Shown: positions 25,417 to 36,618, counted from the stretch's first letter. The stretch is 51,629 bases of DNA from an uncultured Alphaproteobacteria bacterium (GCA_958448685.1 CAUDEV010000001.1:1-51629); one strand, 5' to 3'. The notes: a model not told the origin generated them from the letters alone. Numbers and translations are program-made.

Positions 25417-25917
25417 TTAGAAATTATTTAAAGAAAAAGCATGACAAAGCGATATGGCTAATGCATCCATTGAATCAAATGTGTGAATAATGTTATCATT
25501 TGTTATATTGATATTTAAAAGTTTCTTAACCATAAATTGGACTTGTTCTTTGGAAGCATGACCTGAGCCTGTTATGTTTTTTTTTATTTCATTCGGTCTG
25601 AAAGAATTTACATTAAATCCAGATTTTGAAACAGCTAAAAAAGCAGCTGTACGTGCCATAATTAATTTTTCACTTGTCTTAGCATTAGTATTGACAAAAA
25701 CCTCTTCCATAGCAACAGAATCAGTATTAAAAGATGTTATTAAATTGCAAATGGAGTCATATATGAAAGTTAAACGTAATTCCATTTTTTGATTAGATTC
25801 TGTTCTAATAACCCCACAATCAATATATTTTGCTGTATATCCAGTTGTCGATATAACTCCCCATCCTGTTTTTACTAACCCTGGATCTATACCAAGTATT
25901 ATTTTTTCATTCGACAT
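25417..25917 (-). CDS. ruvC: crossover junction endodeoxyribonuclease RuvC
   Basis: ILGIDPGLVKTGWGVI at the N-terminus, AMEEVF, GSGHASKEQVQFMV and DSMDALAISLCH at the C-terminus. Confidence 0.9.
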   Translation of the reverse strand: MSNEKIILGIDPGLVKTGWGVISTTGYTAKYIDCGVIRTESNQKMELRLTFIYDSICNLITSFNTDSVAMEEVFVNTNAKTSEKLIMARTAAFLAVSKSGFNVNSFRPNEIKKNITGSGHASKEQVQFMVKKLLNINITNDNIIHTFDSMDALAISLCHAFSLNNF

Positions 25918-27010
25918 TCTTTTTCAGTTTTTTCTTAAGGAACTTAAACAATCCAAAAGCCATAATACTTAAAACCACAGTATCTCGTAATATGACTTCC
26001 CAAACATCACCTACTAAACATATTGTCCTGACACTTGAAACGTAGTATTTTGCAGGGAAGATATAAGAAAAAACCTGAAGCCAAATAGGCATACTTTTTA
26101 TTTCAAAAACAAACCCAGAAAGCATCATGGTTGGAAGAAAAGTAACCATAACGGCCATCATAGCTGCTACGAATTGATCTTTTGCCATTGTTGAAACTAT
26201 AAGTCCAATAATCAGAGATACTATAATAAAAACAGATGAGACTAATGCCATTGAAAATACAGATCCTTCAAATGGCATATTGAAAGCAATTTTAGCATAA
26301 AATAACGAAAATAATAGCGAAACAACACATAGACCAAAATAAGGTATTACTTTTGATATTATTATTTCATTAATCGATATAGGAGTTGCTATCATAGCTT
26401 CCATCGTTCCTCTTTCCCATTCTTTTGCAACAACTAAGGAGGTTAAGAAAGTTCCCACAATGGACAAAACCATTGTTAAAGCTCCCGCCATCATAAAGTT
26501 TATAGTTTCTGTTGTTGGATTAAACCAAAGGCGGTTTATTATATTCATTGTTTTATCTTTGATATTGGTCAATGATAAGAGATATTTATTGAATACTCCA
26601 GAAGCATAAGATTCTATATAAGCAGCGGTGTTTGGATCTGTTCCATCACTTATTACTTGGATTTTAGTTTTTTGTCCTCTTTGCATTTTTTCCGAAAATC
26701 CTTCAGGAATTATTATTGTTCCCATAGTTTTTCCGGATTCCATATTCCCTTTTGCCTCTTGAGTTGAATAAACAACATTTGTTTTGAAATATTCTGAATG
26801 GGAATATAAATCAACCAAATCTTTTGATAATTTTCCAGAATCTTGTTGAACTAGGTCTATTCTAATATGTTTTATATCAAATGAAAGACCATATCCAAAA
26901 ATAATGAGTAAAGTTAGCGGCATTATAAAAGCAACAAGAATACTACTAGCATCTCTTTTTATTTGCTTTACTTCTTTAAACACTAAAGCTTTTATAGTTT
27001 TTATATTCAT
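25907..27010 (-). CDS. ABC-2 type transporter permease (YbhS/YbhR-like)
   Basis: 367 aa with an N-terminal transmembrane helix, a large periplasmic loop and 5 C-terminal transmembrane helices. Sits in an operon with the ATPase and HlyD genes. Confidence 0.8.
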   Translation of the reverse strand: MNIKTIKALVFKEVKQIKRDASSILVAFIMPLTLLIIFGYGLSFDIKHIRIDLVQQDSGKLSKDLVDLYSHSEYFKTNVVYSTQEAKGNMESGKTMGTIIIPEGFSEKMQRGQKTKIQVISDGTDPNTAAYIESYASGVFNKYLLSLTNIKDKTMNIINRLWFNPTTETINFMMAGALTMVLSIVGTFLTSLVVAKEWERGTMEAMIATPISINEIIISKVIPYFGLCVVSLLFSLFYAKIAFNMPFEGSVFSMALVSSVFIIVSLIIGLIVSTMAKDQFVAAMMAVMVTFLPTMMLSGFVFEIKSMPIWLQVFSYIFPAKYYVSSVRTICLVGDVWEVILRDTVVLSIMAFGLFKFLKKKLKKNVE

Positions 27011-27016
27011 AATTAA

Positions 27017-28786
27017 TCACTCTTTAAATGTTTTAGTGAATTCTTCATCTGATTGATCTGCTATTTCAACAATCTTTATGAATGCTTGTTCTAATGTTGG
27101 ATCAGTAATATCTTTGCAAAGTTTTTTCAATTCATCAGGAGATCCCATTGCTCTTATTTTTCCTCTATAAACTAAAGCTATCTCATCGCAATTTTCTGCT
27201 TCATCCATAAAGTGTGTTGTGACAACAACACTGACTCCATGAGACACCATACAATTTATATGCATCCAAAATTCTTTTCGTGTTATAGGATCAACTCCAG
27301 AAGTTGGTTCATCGAGAAATAAAACAGGAGGTTTGTGCATAATAGCACAAGCCAAGGCTAAGCGCTGTTTAAATCCCAAAGATAATACTCCAGAATTTAT
27401 ATTTTGTAAATCTCCAAAGTGAAAGATATCAATCATGCTATCTACTGCTTTTTTCTTTTCTTCCCCTTTTAATCTATAAGCACCTGAGAAAAATTCCAAA
27501 TTTTGACGAACAGACAGCATAGTGTAAAGTGAAAATTTTTGAGCCATATATCCAATATTTAATTTCGCGTCGCTTCCCATATCAGAGATATCTATCCCGG
27601 TTATTTTGGCAGTTCCTGAAGTTTGCTTCAAAAGACCGCATAACATTCTGAATGTTGTTGATTTTCCAGATCCATTTGGGCCTAATAAACCAAATATTTT
27701 TCCGGGAGTTACAGAAAAAGATATGTTATTTGCAGCTGTAAAATCACCAAACTTTTTTGTTAAATTGATAGCTTCGACAACTGGTTTTTCTCCTGAGAAT
27801 TTCAAATTTTTAAGGTATTGTGAAACCGGAGATTCTTTTTCATTAAGTCCACCTAAAATATCAACACAAGCATCTTCAAAAATAGGAGTAACAGCTTTTG
27901 GTTCTTTTGTTTCTTTGAATTCTTCTTTTATATCCTTGTAAATTTCATTTATATCACGATCTTTTATTAATATTTTAACATTTTTTCCCTGAATTACAGA
28001 ATCTATAACTCCTTCCTTTTTCATTAATTCTGAAGAGAAATACCTTCTTTTTTCTGTAATATTTGTGAATAAATAAACTCTTCCATTTACACGTTTTTTT
28101 GCTTCTTTTGGAGAACCTTCGAATGTAACTTTTCCATTATTCAAAAGGATAATATGATCAAGATTTTCTGCTTCGTCTAGATATGCAGTGCTCCATAAGA
28201 CAGTTGTATTTTTGTCCAGCATAGAATTGACCATAGCAATTAAATCTTGGCGTGAAATAGGATCAACTCCAACTGAAGGTTCATCAAGTATTAAAATCCT
28301 CGGTTTTTTTAAAAGAGCACAAGCTAATCCTAATTTTTGTTTCATTCCTCCAGATAATTTTCCGGATAATCGATTTATGAAATTAGATAGTTTGGTCATT
28401 TGCAAAACATTTTCGAAAGCGGCTTGTTTGACATCACCTTGGAGATTTTGCAATTGAGCATAAAGCTCGAGGTTTTCCATAATAGTCAAATCTTCATATA
28501 AACCAAATTTCTGAGGCATATATGAAAGCATTTCATGCAATTCCTGGATGCTGATAGAACCTTTTTCATTTTTTTCATATATATCCAATGTTTTGTTATT
28601 AATGAATATCTTTCCGGAATCAGGAGTCAAAATTCCAGCTGCAATCCTTAAAAGAGTCGTTTTCCCAGCTCCATCAGGACCTATGAACCCAATGATTTTA
28701 TTACTTTCTATATTGCAAGAAACATTGTCAAGAGCTTTCAATGTACCCTTGTTGAAAGATTTGGTTAGATTTTTTATTTCAATCAT
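27017..28786 (-). CDS. ABC transporter ATP-binding protein with two fused NBDs (YbhF-like)
   Basis: Two Walker A motifs (GPDGAGKTT, GPNGSGKST), two signature motifs (LSGGMKQK, LSLGFKQR) and two Walker B motifs (ILDEPSVGVD, FLDEPTSGVD). Confidence 0.9.
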   Translation of the reverse strand: MIEIKNLTKSFNKGTLKALDNVSCNIESNKIIGFIGPDGAGKTTLLRIAAGILTPDSGKIFINNKTLDIYEKNEKGSISIQELHEMLSYMPQKFGLYEDLTIMENLELYAQLQNLQGDVKQAAFENVLQMTKLSNFINRLSGKLSGGMKQKLGLACALLKKPRILILDEPSVGVDPISRQDLIAMVNSMLDKNTTVLWSTAYLDEAENLDHIILLNNGKVTFEGSPKEAKKRVNGRVYLFTNITEKRRYFSSELMKKEGVIDSVIQGKNVKILIKDRDINEIYKDIKEEFKETKEPKAVTPIFEDACVDILGGLNEKESPVSQYLKNLKFSGEKPVVEAINLTKKFGDFTAANNISFSVTPGKIFGLLGPNGSGKSTTFRMLCGLLKQTSGTAKITGIDISDMGSDAKLNIGYMAQKFSLYTMLSVRQNLEFFSGAYRLKGEEKKKAVDSMIDIFHFGDLQNINSGVLSLGFKQRLALACAIMHKPPVLFLDEPTSGVDPITRKEFWMHINCMVSHGVSVVVTTHFMDEAENCDEIALVYRGKIRAMGSPDELKKLCKDITDPTLEQAFIKIVEIADQSDEEFTKTFKE

Positions 28787-29604
28787 TTCTTATAACTGAC
28801 AGTAACAGGCATACCTTGCTTGAGTTCTGGAGCTGGTTCATCAATGATCACTCTGACACGATACATTAAACTGGTTCTTAGCTCTTTTGTTTCAATATTT
28901 TTTGGAGTAAATTCTGCCTCAGATGAAATGAAACCTATATGGCCAGTGAATTTTTTCTCAGGCATTGTTTCGATATTGACATAAACAACATCGCCGTATT
29001 TTATTTTAGATAAAACAGATTCACTAGCAAAGGTTTTTATTTTTGTTTGACTATTAGGCATAATTGAAAAAACTACTGTCCCAGAAGAAACCATTTCTCC
29101 AGGTTCTATATTTCTGGTTAGTATAACACCGTCTACAGGAGATTTTAAATCCGTGTCTTTTAGGTCAATGTCCATATATTCATATGTTGCTTTAGCTGAT
29201 TCGAGTTTCGCTAATGCTACTTCATATTCTGTTTTTGATGTATCATAAAGTTTTTCAGAAATGCTTTTGTTTTTGAATAATCCCTGATCTCTTTTATAGT
29301 TTTTTTCAGCATTTTTTAAGTTTATGGAAGCCTCATTTAATTGAGCTTTTGCAAATTTTAATTTTGCATTGAAAATATCTTTATCTAAGAAAGCTAATAA
29401 ATCTCCACATTTGACTTTATCTCCCTCATCAACTTTGATTGCGTTAACACGTCCTGAAACACGAAATGCTAAATTGATATCTTGAACTTCAACATTTCCA
29501 TTTAAGATAATATCATCTGCTTTATTCCAGAAAAGTTTATATCCTGCAAAAGAGAGCGCAATAACAGTACAGGCAACTATAGAAATCTTTTTTATACTAC
29601 TCAT
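28783..29604 (-). CDS. HlyD-family membrane fusion protein (YbhG-like)
   Basis: N-terminal transmembrane helix, lipoyl-like and coiled-coil segments. First gene of the exporter operon. Confidence 0.75.
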   Translation of the reverse strand: MSSIKKISIVACTVIALSFAGYKLFWNKADDIILNGNVEVQDINLAFRVSGRVNAIKVDEGDKVKCGDLLAFLDKDIFNAKLKFAKAQLNEASINLKNAEKNYKRDQGLFKNKSISEKLYDTSKTEYEVALAKLESAKATYEYMDIDLKDTDLKSPVDGVILTRNIEPGEMVSSGTVVFSIMPNSQTKIKTFASESVLSKIKYGDVVYVNIETMPEKKFTGHIGFISSEAEFTPKNIETKELRTSLMYRVRVIIDEPAPELKQGMPVTVSYKK

Positions 29605-29883
29605 GATCGATTTTTAGAACAAATACCTAATTTTATTATTATATCATATAATTAATTTTTATGCAAACAAATTAAATAATAAATTCACTTTGATATAACA
29701 CAAATTTAATTATGATTAAAGAAATTCCCTGTTGTTTTCATAAGCGCCTAACTAAAATATCATTGAAATAAAAAGAAGTAAAATTAACGGAAAATTTACC
29801 TTTTTTTTTAGAATTGAAAATAGGGAAGAAAAGTTGTGAAAATGCTTCCCTATAACGTAAATATAATTTTTATGGAGGTTTTT

Positions 29884-31512
29884 ATGAATAAATTATTACA
29901 AACAGCATTAATCTCAGCTATTTTATCAACAGGTCTTATGGCTCAAACTACAGAACCATTACTCTTGGAAGGAAGTATAAATATGGAAGGTGGTGAATTT
30001 CAAATATCTAAAAATGATTACAAACTAACTGGAAATATGGATTTTCATATGGGCGGGAAATTAACAATTGATGCTAATCGAACTCTTGAAGTTAATGGCG
30101 GACATATCATGAGTGATCATGCTGGCATGGGTGTTTCTGAATTCACTTTAAATGGAATCTTAAGATTGACAAAAGGAGGTGATGATGGAACACAAATGCC
30201 GAATCTAATGTTTGAGAGTATGAGACTTTCATCTGGGACTTCAGAGATAATTGACACATTTAGTTATTCAGCAGATGGACAAACATATATAGTAAAAATT
30301 CCAGAGATAGGACTGTCTATAAAAAGTGGAGACTTCGTAGCAACGAAGTATAAAACGACCCAAACAATTTTAACAGATGATATTCAGAACACGGCGTTAG
30401 GAGATAATCAAACAGAGAGCAATCCGAATGAAACTGAGGTAGTTATCATAATTGAAAATGAAGATAGTTCTGTTTGGATTAAGAAAGGAAAAATTACGGA
30501 AAGTGAAGTTGGAGAAGAACCTTCTTTATATAAGTCATCTGCTTTTTATTGGACGAATACCAGTTCTGACAGCAAAGAGCAATTGATAGAAGTAAAAAGC
30601 CTGACTGAAGGGGAAGGATATGACTATTATGAAAAATTAGATCTTAGTAAGTTTGTCCAAAATGGAGGACTCATTGATATGTCAACACTTAGAGAATATA
30701 CAAGTACACTTGAAAATGATGCAACAGAACCAACGAATCTAGGTGTGAATGGAGTTAATCCAATTGTTCTGGGAACAGTTAAACTGCCATTTAATTGCAG
30801 TTTTGGAATTTGCGATTTATCTAATGTTGATAAAGTTGAATATACAAAACTCACAGTTGGTGAAAGTTCTGCTCCTGGTTTAGAACCTCTTATGGACGGA
30901 GAAGGTGAAAATGCAAAGTTGAAATATAACTATATCAAAAAGATAGTATTGAAAGAAGGTCAAGTTTATGGTGATTATCTGACTAACAAGGAATTAGGAA
31001 TAACACTAACAACCAAAAATGCGGAAATTACTGAAAAAATGGTTGATGGTGATGTGACATCACTAGAACTCGAAAAATTACAGAAAGATACATATGAAGT
31101 GAAGGATAGCGAAGATAATCAAATAAAGTTTAATGCAGAAGGCACAACAAATAGACTTTGGACAGATGATCTAAATGTTGTAGCTCAAGATATTTCAGCA
31201 AATACGACCTATAACTTCGGATTTTCAGGTTCTAAAGCTGTTAACATTTCAGGAGAAGGGAAAGCAATATTCAAAGGTAATAACACTGAATATGAACCAG
31301 ATGAAATGATTGGAGTGCCAAATGAAGTTGAATTTGTGGGAAATAATACTCTCTTCCAATTTAGTCAAAATTATGGACACGGGATATTTTCCAAGGGATC
31401 TGAAAATTGGGCTAGTAATACTGTCCCTGAAAACAAAACAATTGCATTTTCAAATGGATTTGATATTACATCTGGATGTGGTCTACGAGTTCGAGGAAAA
31501 CTCATAGGATAG
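29884..31512 (+). CDS. secreted protein of unknown function (about 540 aa)
   Basis: SD GGAGG then ATG at 29884. Signal peptide MNKLLQTALISAILSTGLMAQT. No outer-membrane barrel or enzyme motif recognised. Confidence 0.6.
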   Translation: MNKLLQTALISAILSTGLMAQTTEPLLLEGSINMEGGEFQISKNDYKLTGNMDFHMGGKLTIDANRTLEVNGGHIMSDHAGMGVSEFTLNGILRLTKGGDDGTQMPNLMFESMRLSSGTSEIIDTFSYSADGQTYIVKIPEIGLSIKSGDFVATKYKTTQTILTDDIQNTALGDNQTESNPNETEVVIIIENEDSSVWIKKGKITESEVGEEPSLYKSSAFYWTNTSSDSKEQLIEVKSLTEGEGYDYYEKLDLSKFVQNGGLIDMSTLREYTSTLENDATEPTNLGVNGVNPIVLGTVKLPFNCSFGICDLSNVDKVEYTKLTVGESSAPGLEPLMDGEGENAKLKYNYIKKIVLKEGQVYGDYLTNKELGITLTTKNAEITEKMVDGDVTSLELEKLQKDTYEVKDSEDNQIKFNAEGTTNRLWTDDLNVVAQDISANTTYNFGFSGSKAVNISGEGKAIFKGNNTEYEPDEMIGVPNEVEFVGNNTLFQFSQNYGHGIFSKGSENWASNTVPENKTIAFSNGFDITSGCGLRVRGKLIG

Positions 31513-31538
31513 AATTAATAAATATATATTAGAGAAGC

Positions 31539-31580
31539 GCGCGGCGCATGGTATAATATCAAAGATACCATGCGCCGCGC
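31539..31580. repeat. GC-rich hairpin repeat, copy C (15-bp stem)
   Basis: gcgcggcgcatggta (31539-31553) pairs with taccatgcgccgcgc (31566-31580). Loop is taatatcaaaga. Confidence 0.9.
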
Positions 31581-31816
31581 ATCTGGAAATCGCTATTTAT
31601 CGGCGCAAAGCAATTCAGAAGATACATTCGATTGATTTTTATCAAATTTAGAAAACTTCGAAGAAAATTATATTATCATGCACATCATGCACTTTTACAA
31701 ATCAGATTCAATTAAAGTTATCGCAATATGGATAGATTTTGTGATAACATATATAAGAATAAAAAGTAGGACTTAATAAGAATTAGCATAGAGTTAATTA
31801 AGAAGAAAGGTTTTTA

Positions 31817-33877
31817 ATGTTTTCAGTCATAAGTGAAACGATAAATTGGGGCGGTAAGAATTTAACCATAGAAACAGGAAAAATTTCAAGACAAGCAGAC
31901 GGGGCTGTTGTTGTGAAATACGGAGAAACAACAGTTTTATGTACATGTGTATTTTCTAAAAAAACAGCAGAAAATGCGAGTTTTTTCCCATTAACAATAA
32001 ATTATCAGGAAAAATTTTATTCAGCAGGGAAAATTCCAGGAGGATTTGTAAAAAGAGAGGGAAAACCTTCAGATAGAGAAGTTTTGATTGCAAGATTAAT
32101 TGACAGACCGATTCGTCCACTTTTCCCTGATGGATTCTTGAATGAAGTTCAAGTTGTATGCACAACTTTAAGTTATGATTCAGAATGTTCCCCTGAAATA
32201 GCTGCTCTTATTGGTGCTTCTGCAGCTTTGTCGATTTCCGGGGTTCCTTTCCTAGGCCCTGTTGCTGCTTGCAGGGTCGGGTATGATGAAAATAATGGGT
32301 TTTTACTTAATCCAACAAAAAAATCAGATCTGGAGTTAACAGTAGCCGGAACTGATGAGGGAATATTAATGGTCGAATCAGAAGCAAATGAGCTTTCTGA
32401 GAGCGTTATGTTGGATGCCGTTATGTTTGGTTTTGATTCATTCCAACCCGTTTTAAAAATGATAAAGAAATTGAAAAAACTTGCTGGAAAAGAAGTTTTA
32501 GAAGTTATTCCTTTTGAAGAAAAATATTCTGAAATTTCTAAAAAAGTTGAAGAATTGTCTATTGAAAAAATCCAAGAAGCTCTTTCAATAAAAGAAAAAT
32601 TAAAAAGAAGAGATATGCTTGAAAAAGCAAAAGAAGAAGTTTTTGAGAAATTGTCAGAAGAACAAGATAAAGTTATTTTGGATACTCTGTTTGAAAGTAT
32701 CTTGGCAAAAACTATGAGAAATAATCTTCTTGCAACAAAGAAGCGTATTGATGGAAGGAATCTCGATGAAATTAGACCTATAACCTGCGAAATTGATATA
32801 TTACCAAAAGTCCATGGAAGCGCCTTATTCACACGAGGAGAAACGCAAGCACTTGTTGTGACAACCTTAGGATCTTCTTCAGATGAGCAGATATTGGATT
32901 CTATTGAAGGCGAAAGCAAGGAAAGCTTTATGTTACACTACAATTTTCCTCCATATTCTGTTGGAGAGATAGGAAGATTAGGAGCTCCCGGAAGAAGAGA
33001 GATAGGCCATGGGAAGCTTGCTTGGAGAGCGTTGCATGCGCTTATTCCAAATAAAGATGCATTTCCATATACTATCAGAGTTGTTTCAGATATAACCGAA
33101 TCAAATGGTTCGTCATCAATGGCAACGATATGTGCTTCTTCTTTATCTATGATGTCTGCAGGGGTTCCTATGAGAGAGCATGTTGCGGGAATTGCCATGG
33201 GGTTGATCAAAGAAGGAAAAGATTATGTCGTTTTGTCTGATATAATGGGCGATGAAGATCATTTGGGAGATATGGATTTCAAAGTTGCAGGGACAAAAGA
33301 TGGTGTGACAGCTCTTCAAATGGATATAAAAATCACAAGTATAAATCGTGAAATAATCGAAAACGCGTTGAAGCAAGCGAAAGAAGGCAGATTGCATATT
33401 CTTAATATTATGAATTCTGTTATCTCGAATGCAAAGAGTGATTTAAACGCCAATGCACCAAGAGTTGAAACTTTACTTATAGATAAGGATAAAATTCGGG
33501 ATTTAATAGGTCCTGGAGGGAAGGTAATCAAGGAGATTTGCGAAAAAACTCAATCGAAAATCGATATTGATGATGACGGGGTTGTTTCTATTTTTTCATC
33601 AGATAAGGAAAAAATGGAAGAAACTTTATCTATAGTAAAATCGATTTGCTGTCCTCCAGATGTTGGTTCTGTTTTTAATGGAAAAGTAGTTAAAATAACA
33701 GATTTTGGAGCTTTTGTTTCCATAGGAAATAAAGAAGGCTTGGTTCATATAAGTAATATTGCAGATCATAAAGTAAAATCTGTTGCGGATGTATTGAAAT
33801 TAGGCCAAGAAGTAAGAGTGAAAGTAATTGATATCGACGAAAAGAACCGTATTAAACTTTCTATGAAAGATGTTTAA
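31817..33877 (+). CDS. pnp: polyribonucleotide nucleotidyltransferase (PNPase)
   Basis: 686 aa with two RNase PH domains, then KH (GPGGKVIKEI) and S1 (GKVVKITDFGAFVSI) domains. Confidence 0.95.
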   Translation: MFSVISETINWGGKNLTIETGKISRQADGAVVVKYGETTVLCTCVFSKKTAENASFFPLTINYQEKFYSAGKIPGGFVKREGKPSDREVLIARLIDRPIRPLFPDGFLNEVQVVCTTLSYDSECSPEIAALIGASAALSISGVPFLGPVAACRVGYDENNGFLLNPTKKSDLELTVAGTDEGILMVESEANELSESVMLDAVMFGFDSFQPVLKMIKKLKKLAGKEVLEVIPFEEKYSEISKKVEELSIEKIQEALSIKEKLKRRDMLEKAKEEVFEKLSEEQDKVILDTLFESILAKTMRNNLLATKKRIDGRNLDEIRPITCEIDILPKVHGSALFTRGETQALVVTTLGSSSDEQILDSIEGESKESFMLHYNFPPYSVGEIGRLGAPGRREIGHGKLAWRALHALIPNKDAFPYTIRVVSDITESNGSSSMATICASSLSMMSAGVPMREHVAGIAMGLIKEGKDYVVLSDIMGDEDHLGDMDFKVAGTKDGVTALQMDIKITSINREIIENALKQAKEGRLHILNIMNSVISNAKSDLNANAPRVETLLIDKDKIRDLIGPGGKVIKEICEKTQSKIDIDDDGVVSIFSSDKEKMEETLSIVKSICCPPDVGSVFNGKVVKITDFGAFVSIGNKEGLVHISNIADHKVKSVADVLKLGQEVRVKVIDIDEKNRIKLSMKDV

Positions 33878-33889
33878 AATTGAAATTTG

Positions 33890-33917
33890 AAGGCGGGCAT
33901 AGCACATCGCCTTTTTC
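33890..33917 (+). terminator. rho-independent terminator of pnp
   Basis: aaggcg (33890-33895) pairs with cgcctt (33908-33913), followed by a T-run. Confidence 0.6.
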
Positions 33918-34355
33918 TAAAGTTCCGAGAGTTTTTGAGATCGTTTATAAGTTTGTGTAAAGTGAAAATATATTCTCAGGATATTTCAAAGCTGTATCAT
34001 GGTAATTATCAGAGTATTCATTATCTTATAGCCACTTCAAGACTCTCATAACGTCATGAATCGCACCTAAATCCTTTCTTTCACAATTTTATTTTTCATA
34101 TTTACACAAATTTTTGGATAATTTTGAAAAAAGGATAAGAAATAATTCCCGTATTTCAAAAAATCGGATAGATAATTTTGGCGAATTATTAACATTTTAA
34201 AAATACCCTAAGAAGACTTATTTATATGATACAAATCCAATAGGATCATTTAATTGAAATATGAGGAAATATACGAAAAACAAGCCTATTTCTGAATGAA
34301 AAATCGGTTATAATTTACCCACAGTTAGTTTATATTTCTGGACGGTCTCGTAGTT

Positions 34356-35279
34356 TTATATCTGTATTTTTTCTACTTCTTTTAGTGAAATTAACTTTTC
34401 GACTAAACGTTCGAGTTCCTCACATGACTTACAAATCAATGTAAAAACCCCACCTTTACGCGTGATTTTTAGTTTTGTTTCCACATTTAGGGCCTCAGCT
34501 ACTCTGATTGCAATATCCATACTTTCCGGATCTGTTTGCATATCAATAGGAGTTCCTGATTTTGTTTGTGGTGGCGTTTCAGGCATGTTATAGCTATTAT
34601 TTTGCAAATTATCCATATTTCCTCCAGCACGTAAATCTTTGAGAGAGTTCTCCAATTGACGTACTGTCAGTCCTTGATCTACTGAAATTTCGGCAATTTC
34701 TTCTGCATTTGAGATTCCAGATAGAATTTTCCCATGACCTGCTGTTAATCTCCCCTGACGTATTAAATCACGCACTCTTTTGGGCAACGCGAGTAATCTC
34801 AAAGAATTCGCAATATAACTGCGACTTTTCGAGACGATATATCCCAAATCGTTTTGTTTGCAATCGCAAAGTTCCATTAAGTTTTCTAGAGCTTCTGCTT
34901 CTTCAATAGGATTTAAATCTGCTCTTTGCAGGTTTTCAATCAGTCCTAAGGTCATTTTTTCAATACTATCGCACTCTATGACATGGACGGGCATTTCTGT
35001 CAAACCTGCTAATTTTGAAGCCCTCCAGCGTCTTTCTCCTGCAATGATTTCATACTTCCCATCTTGCTCCCGAACAGTTATAGGTTGCAAGACTCCATGA
35101 AGACGTATTGAATCTGCTAATTCTTTTAATTTTTCTTCGTCAAAATTTTTACGTGGCTGGGATGGATTTGGAAATATTAAATCAATACTTATCATATTTG
35201 AGCGCATATTATTTCTTATTTGTTCTTCCTCATTTTCTCCTAATAATGCAGATAATCCTCTTCCTAATTTTTGTTCCAT
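34356..35279 (-). CDS. parB: chromosome partitioning protein ParB
   Basis: MEQKLGRGLSALLG start, then NPSQPRKNFDEEKLKELADSIRLHGVLQPI and GERRWRASKLAG boxes. Confidence 0.9.
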   Translation of the reverse strand: MEQKLGRGLSALLGENEEEQIRNNMRSNMISIDLIFPNPSQPRKNFDEEKLKELADSIRLHGVLQPITVREQDGKYEIIAGERRWRASKLAGLTEMPVHVIECDSIEKMTLGLIENLQRADLNPIEEAEALENLMELCDCKQNDLGYIVSKSRSYIANSLRLLALPKRVRDLIRQGRLTAGHGKILSGISNAEEIAEISVDQGLTVRQLENSLKDLRAGGNMDNLQNNSYNMPETPPQTKSGTPIDMQTDPESMDIAIRVAEALNVETKLKITRKGGVFTLICKSCEELERLVEKLISLKEVEKIQI

Positions 35280-36046
35280 TTTCCTGATTTCTCCTTTTCT
35301 AAAAATTCTTTTGCTAACTCCATATATGCGCATGAACCCACGCATTTTACATCATAAATCAATACTGGCCGCCCATAAGAGGGAGCTTCTGATATTTTAA
35401 TATTTCTTGGAATAATACTTTTGAATACTGAGTCTCCTAGATGTTTTCGCACATCATTTTCGACAGATATACTTAATGAATTACGTTTATCATACATAGT
35501 TAATACTATGCCAAAGAGTTTTAATCCTGGGTTATATGCCTTTCGTATTCTATTAATTGATCCTAAAAGATAGCTTAGACCTTCCAACGCATAATATTCG
35601 CATTGCAAAGGCACTAAGACTCCATTTGCCGCTACAAGAGAGTTTAAACTGAGAATTCCCATTGAAGGTGGTGAATCTATTATTATATAGTCAAACATTT
35701 CTCCATATGCTTCTAAAGCCGTTTTTAAGATACTTTCACGATTTTTTTCTTGGACTAACTCAATTTCTGCCCCAACTAGATCAAGGCTGGCCGGAATTAA
35801 TGTTAAACTTGGTATGCTGGTTTTTGTAATTACCTCAGCAAGTGTTTTGCTCCTCGTCAAGAGATCATAGCTGGTGTTTATTTTTTTTGAATATACACCT
35901 AATCCAGTGGTCGCATTACCTTGAGGATCAAAGTCGATTAAAAGTACACGTTTTTTTATGGCCGCAAATGCAGTCGCTAGGTTTACTGCTGTAGTTGTCT
36001 TTCCGACTCCGCCTTTTTGATTTGCTATAGAAATTACTGTTGCCAC
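35264..36046 (-). CDS. parA: chromosome partitioning ATPase ParA (Soj)
   Basis: Deviant Walker A NQKGGVGKTTTAVNLA, then IDFDPQGNAT. Confidence 0.9.
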   Translation of the reverse strand: MATVISIANQKGGVGKTTTAVNLATAFAAIKKRVLLIDFDPQGNATTGLGVYSKKINTSYDLLTRSKTLAEVITKTSIPSLTLIPASLDLVGAEIELVQEKNRESILKTALEAYGEMFDYIIIDSPPSMGILSLNSLVAANGVLVPLQCEYYALEGLSYLLGSINRIRKAYNPGLKLFGIVLTMYDKRNSLSISVENDVRKHLGDSVFKSIIPRNIKISEAPSYGRPVLIYDVKCVGSCAYMELAKEFLEKEKSGKWNKN

Positions 36047-36618
36047 TACTTTCTCCTTATATTTTCAATTAATAGTATTGCGCTTTTGAGATTTGTAACA
36101 CTAGGTTTAGCCAAGAAGTCAAATTCAAAAAAATGTTTTGCTTCTTCTATTTCTTTCATATAATTTTCACCTTTATGAAAAACCCCTTTCAATATTTTCT
36201 TTTTATTTAGAAAGTCAATTAAAATTGATAACGAACCAAATGCTCTAGATGTTGCAATTGTATTTTGCAATGTTTCACGTGAAACATTTAATTTAAAAAC
36301 ATCTCCATTAAATATATCATAATTTAAATCTAACTTCTTTTTTAAATATCTTAAAAAGATACATTTCTTTAGATTTTTTTCACACAATAAAACTTTTTTA
36401 TAGCCATATATTGATAAAGGCACTCCAGGAAATCCCGCCCCAGAACCTATATCTATAATGTAATTATCCTTGTCAATAAAATCAACTATTTGAAGACTGT
36501 CTTTAACATGACGAAGGAAATAATCATTCAATGTGTCTTTTTGGACTAAATTAATTTTTTTGTTCCATTCTTTCAAAATCGATAAGTATTTGTCAAATAG
36601 CTCATTTTGCTGCATCAA
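36046..36618 (-). CDS. rsmG: 16S rRNA (guanine527-N7)-methyltransferase RsmG (GidB)
   Basis: SAM motif DIGSGAGFPGVPLSI. Position immediately upstream of parAB. Confidence 0.85.
   Translation of the reverse strand: MMQQNELFDKYLSILKEWNKKINLVQKDTLNDYFLRHVKDSLQIVDFIDKDNYIIDIGSGAGFPGVPLSIYGYKKVLLCEKNLKKCIFLRYLKKKLDLNYDIFNGDVFKLNVSRETLQNTIATSRAFGSLSILIDFLNKKKILKGVFHKGENYMKEIEEAKHFFEFDFLAKPSVTNLKSAILLIENIRRK
36271..36286. promoter_or_regulatory. parS site 1 (inside rsmG)
   Basis: tgtttcacgtgaaaca matches the parS consensus TGTTNCACGTGAAACA. It encodes VSRET in rsmG. Confidence 0.85.

Noticed and set aside
32173-33531. Minus-strand ORFs inside pnp (32173-32919, 32938-33210, 33143-33397, 33316-33531), with similar cases inside thrS, the ABC ATPase, acs and cckA
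   Set aside because: They are antisense to well-supported housekeeping genes and have no independent evidence.
33920-34355. The 478-nt pnp-parB intergenic region as a replication origin
   Set aside because: Only single-mismatch DnaA-box-like 9-mers were found (tttggataa, ttacccaca), with no clear box cluster or CtrA TTAA-N7-TTAA sites. AT-richness alone is uninformative in this genome.
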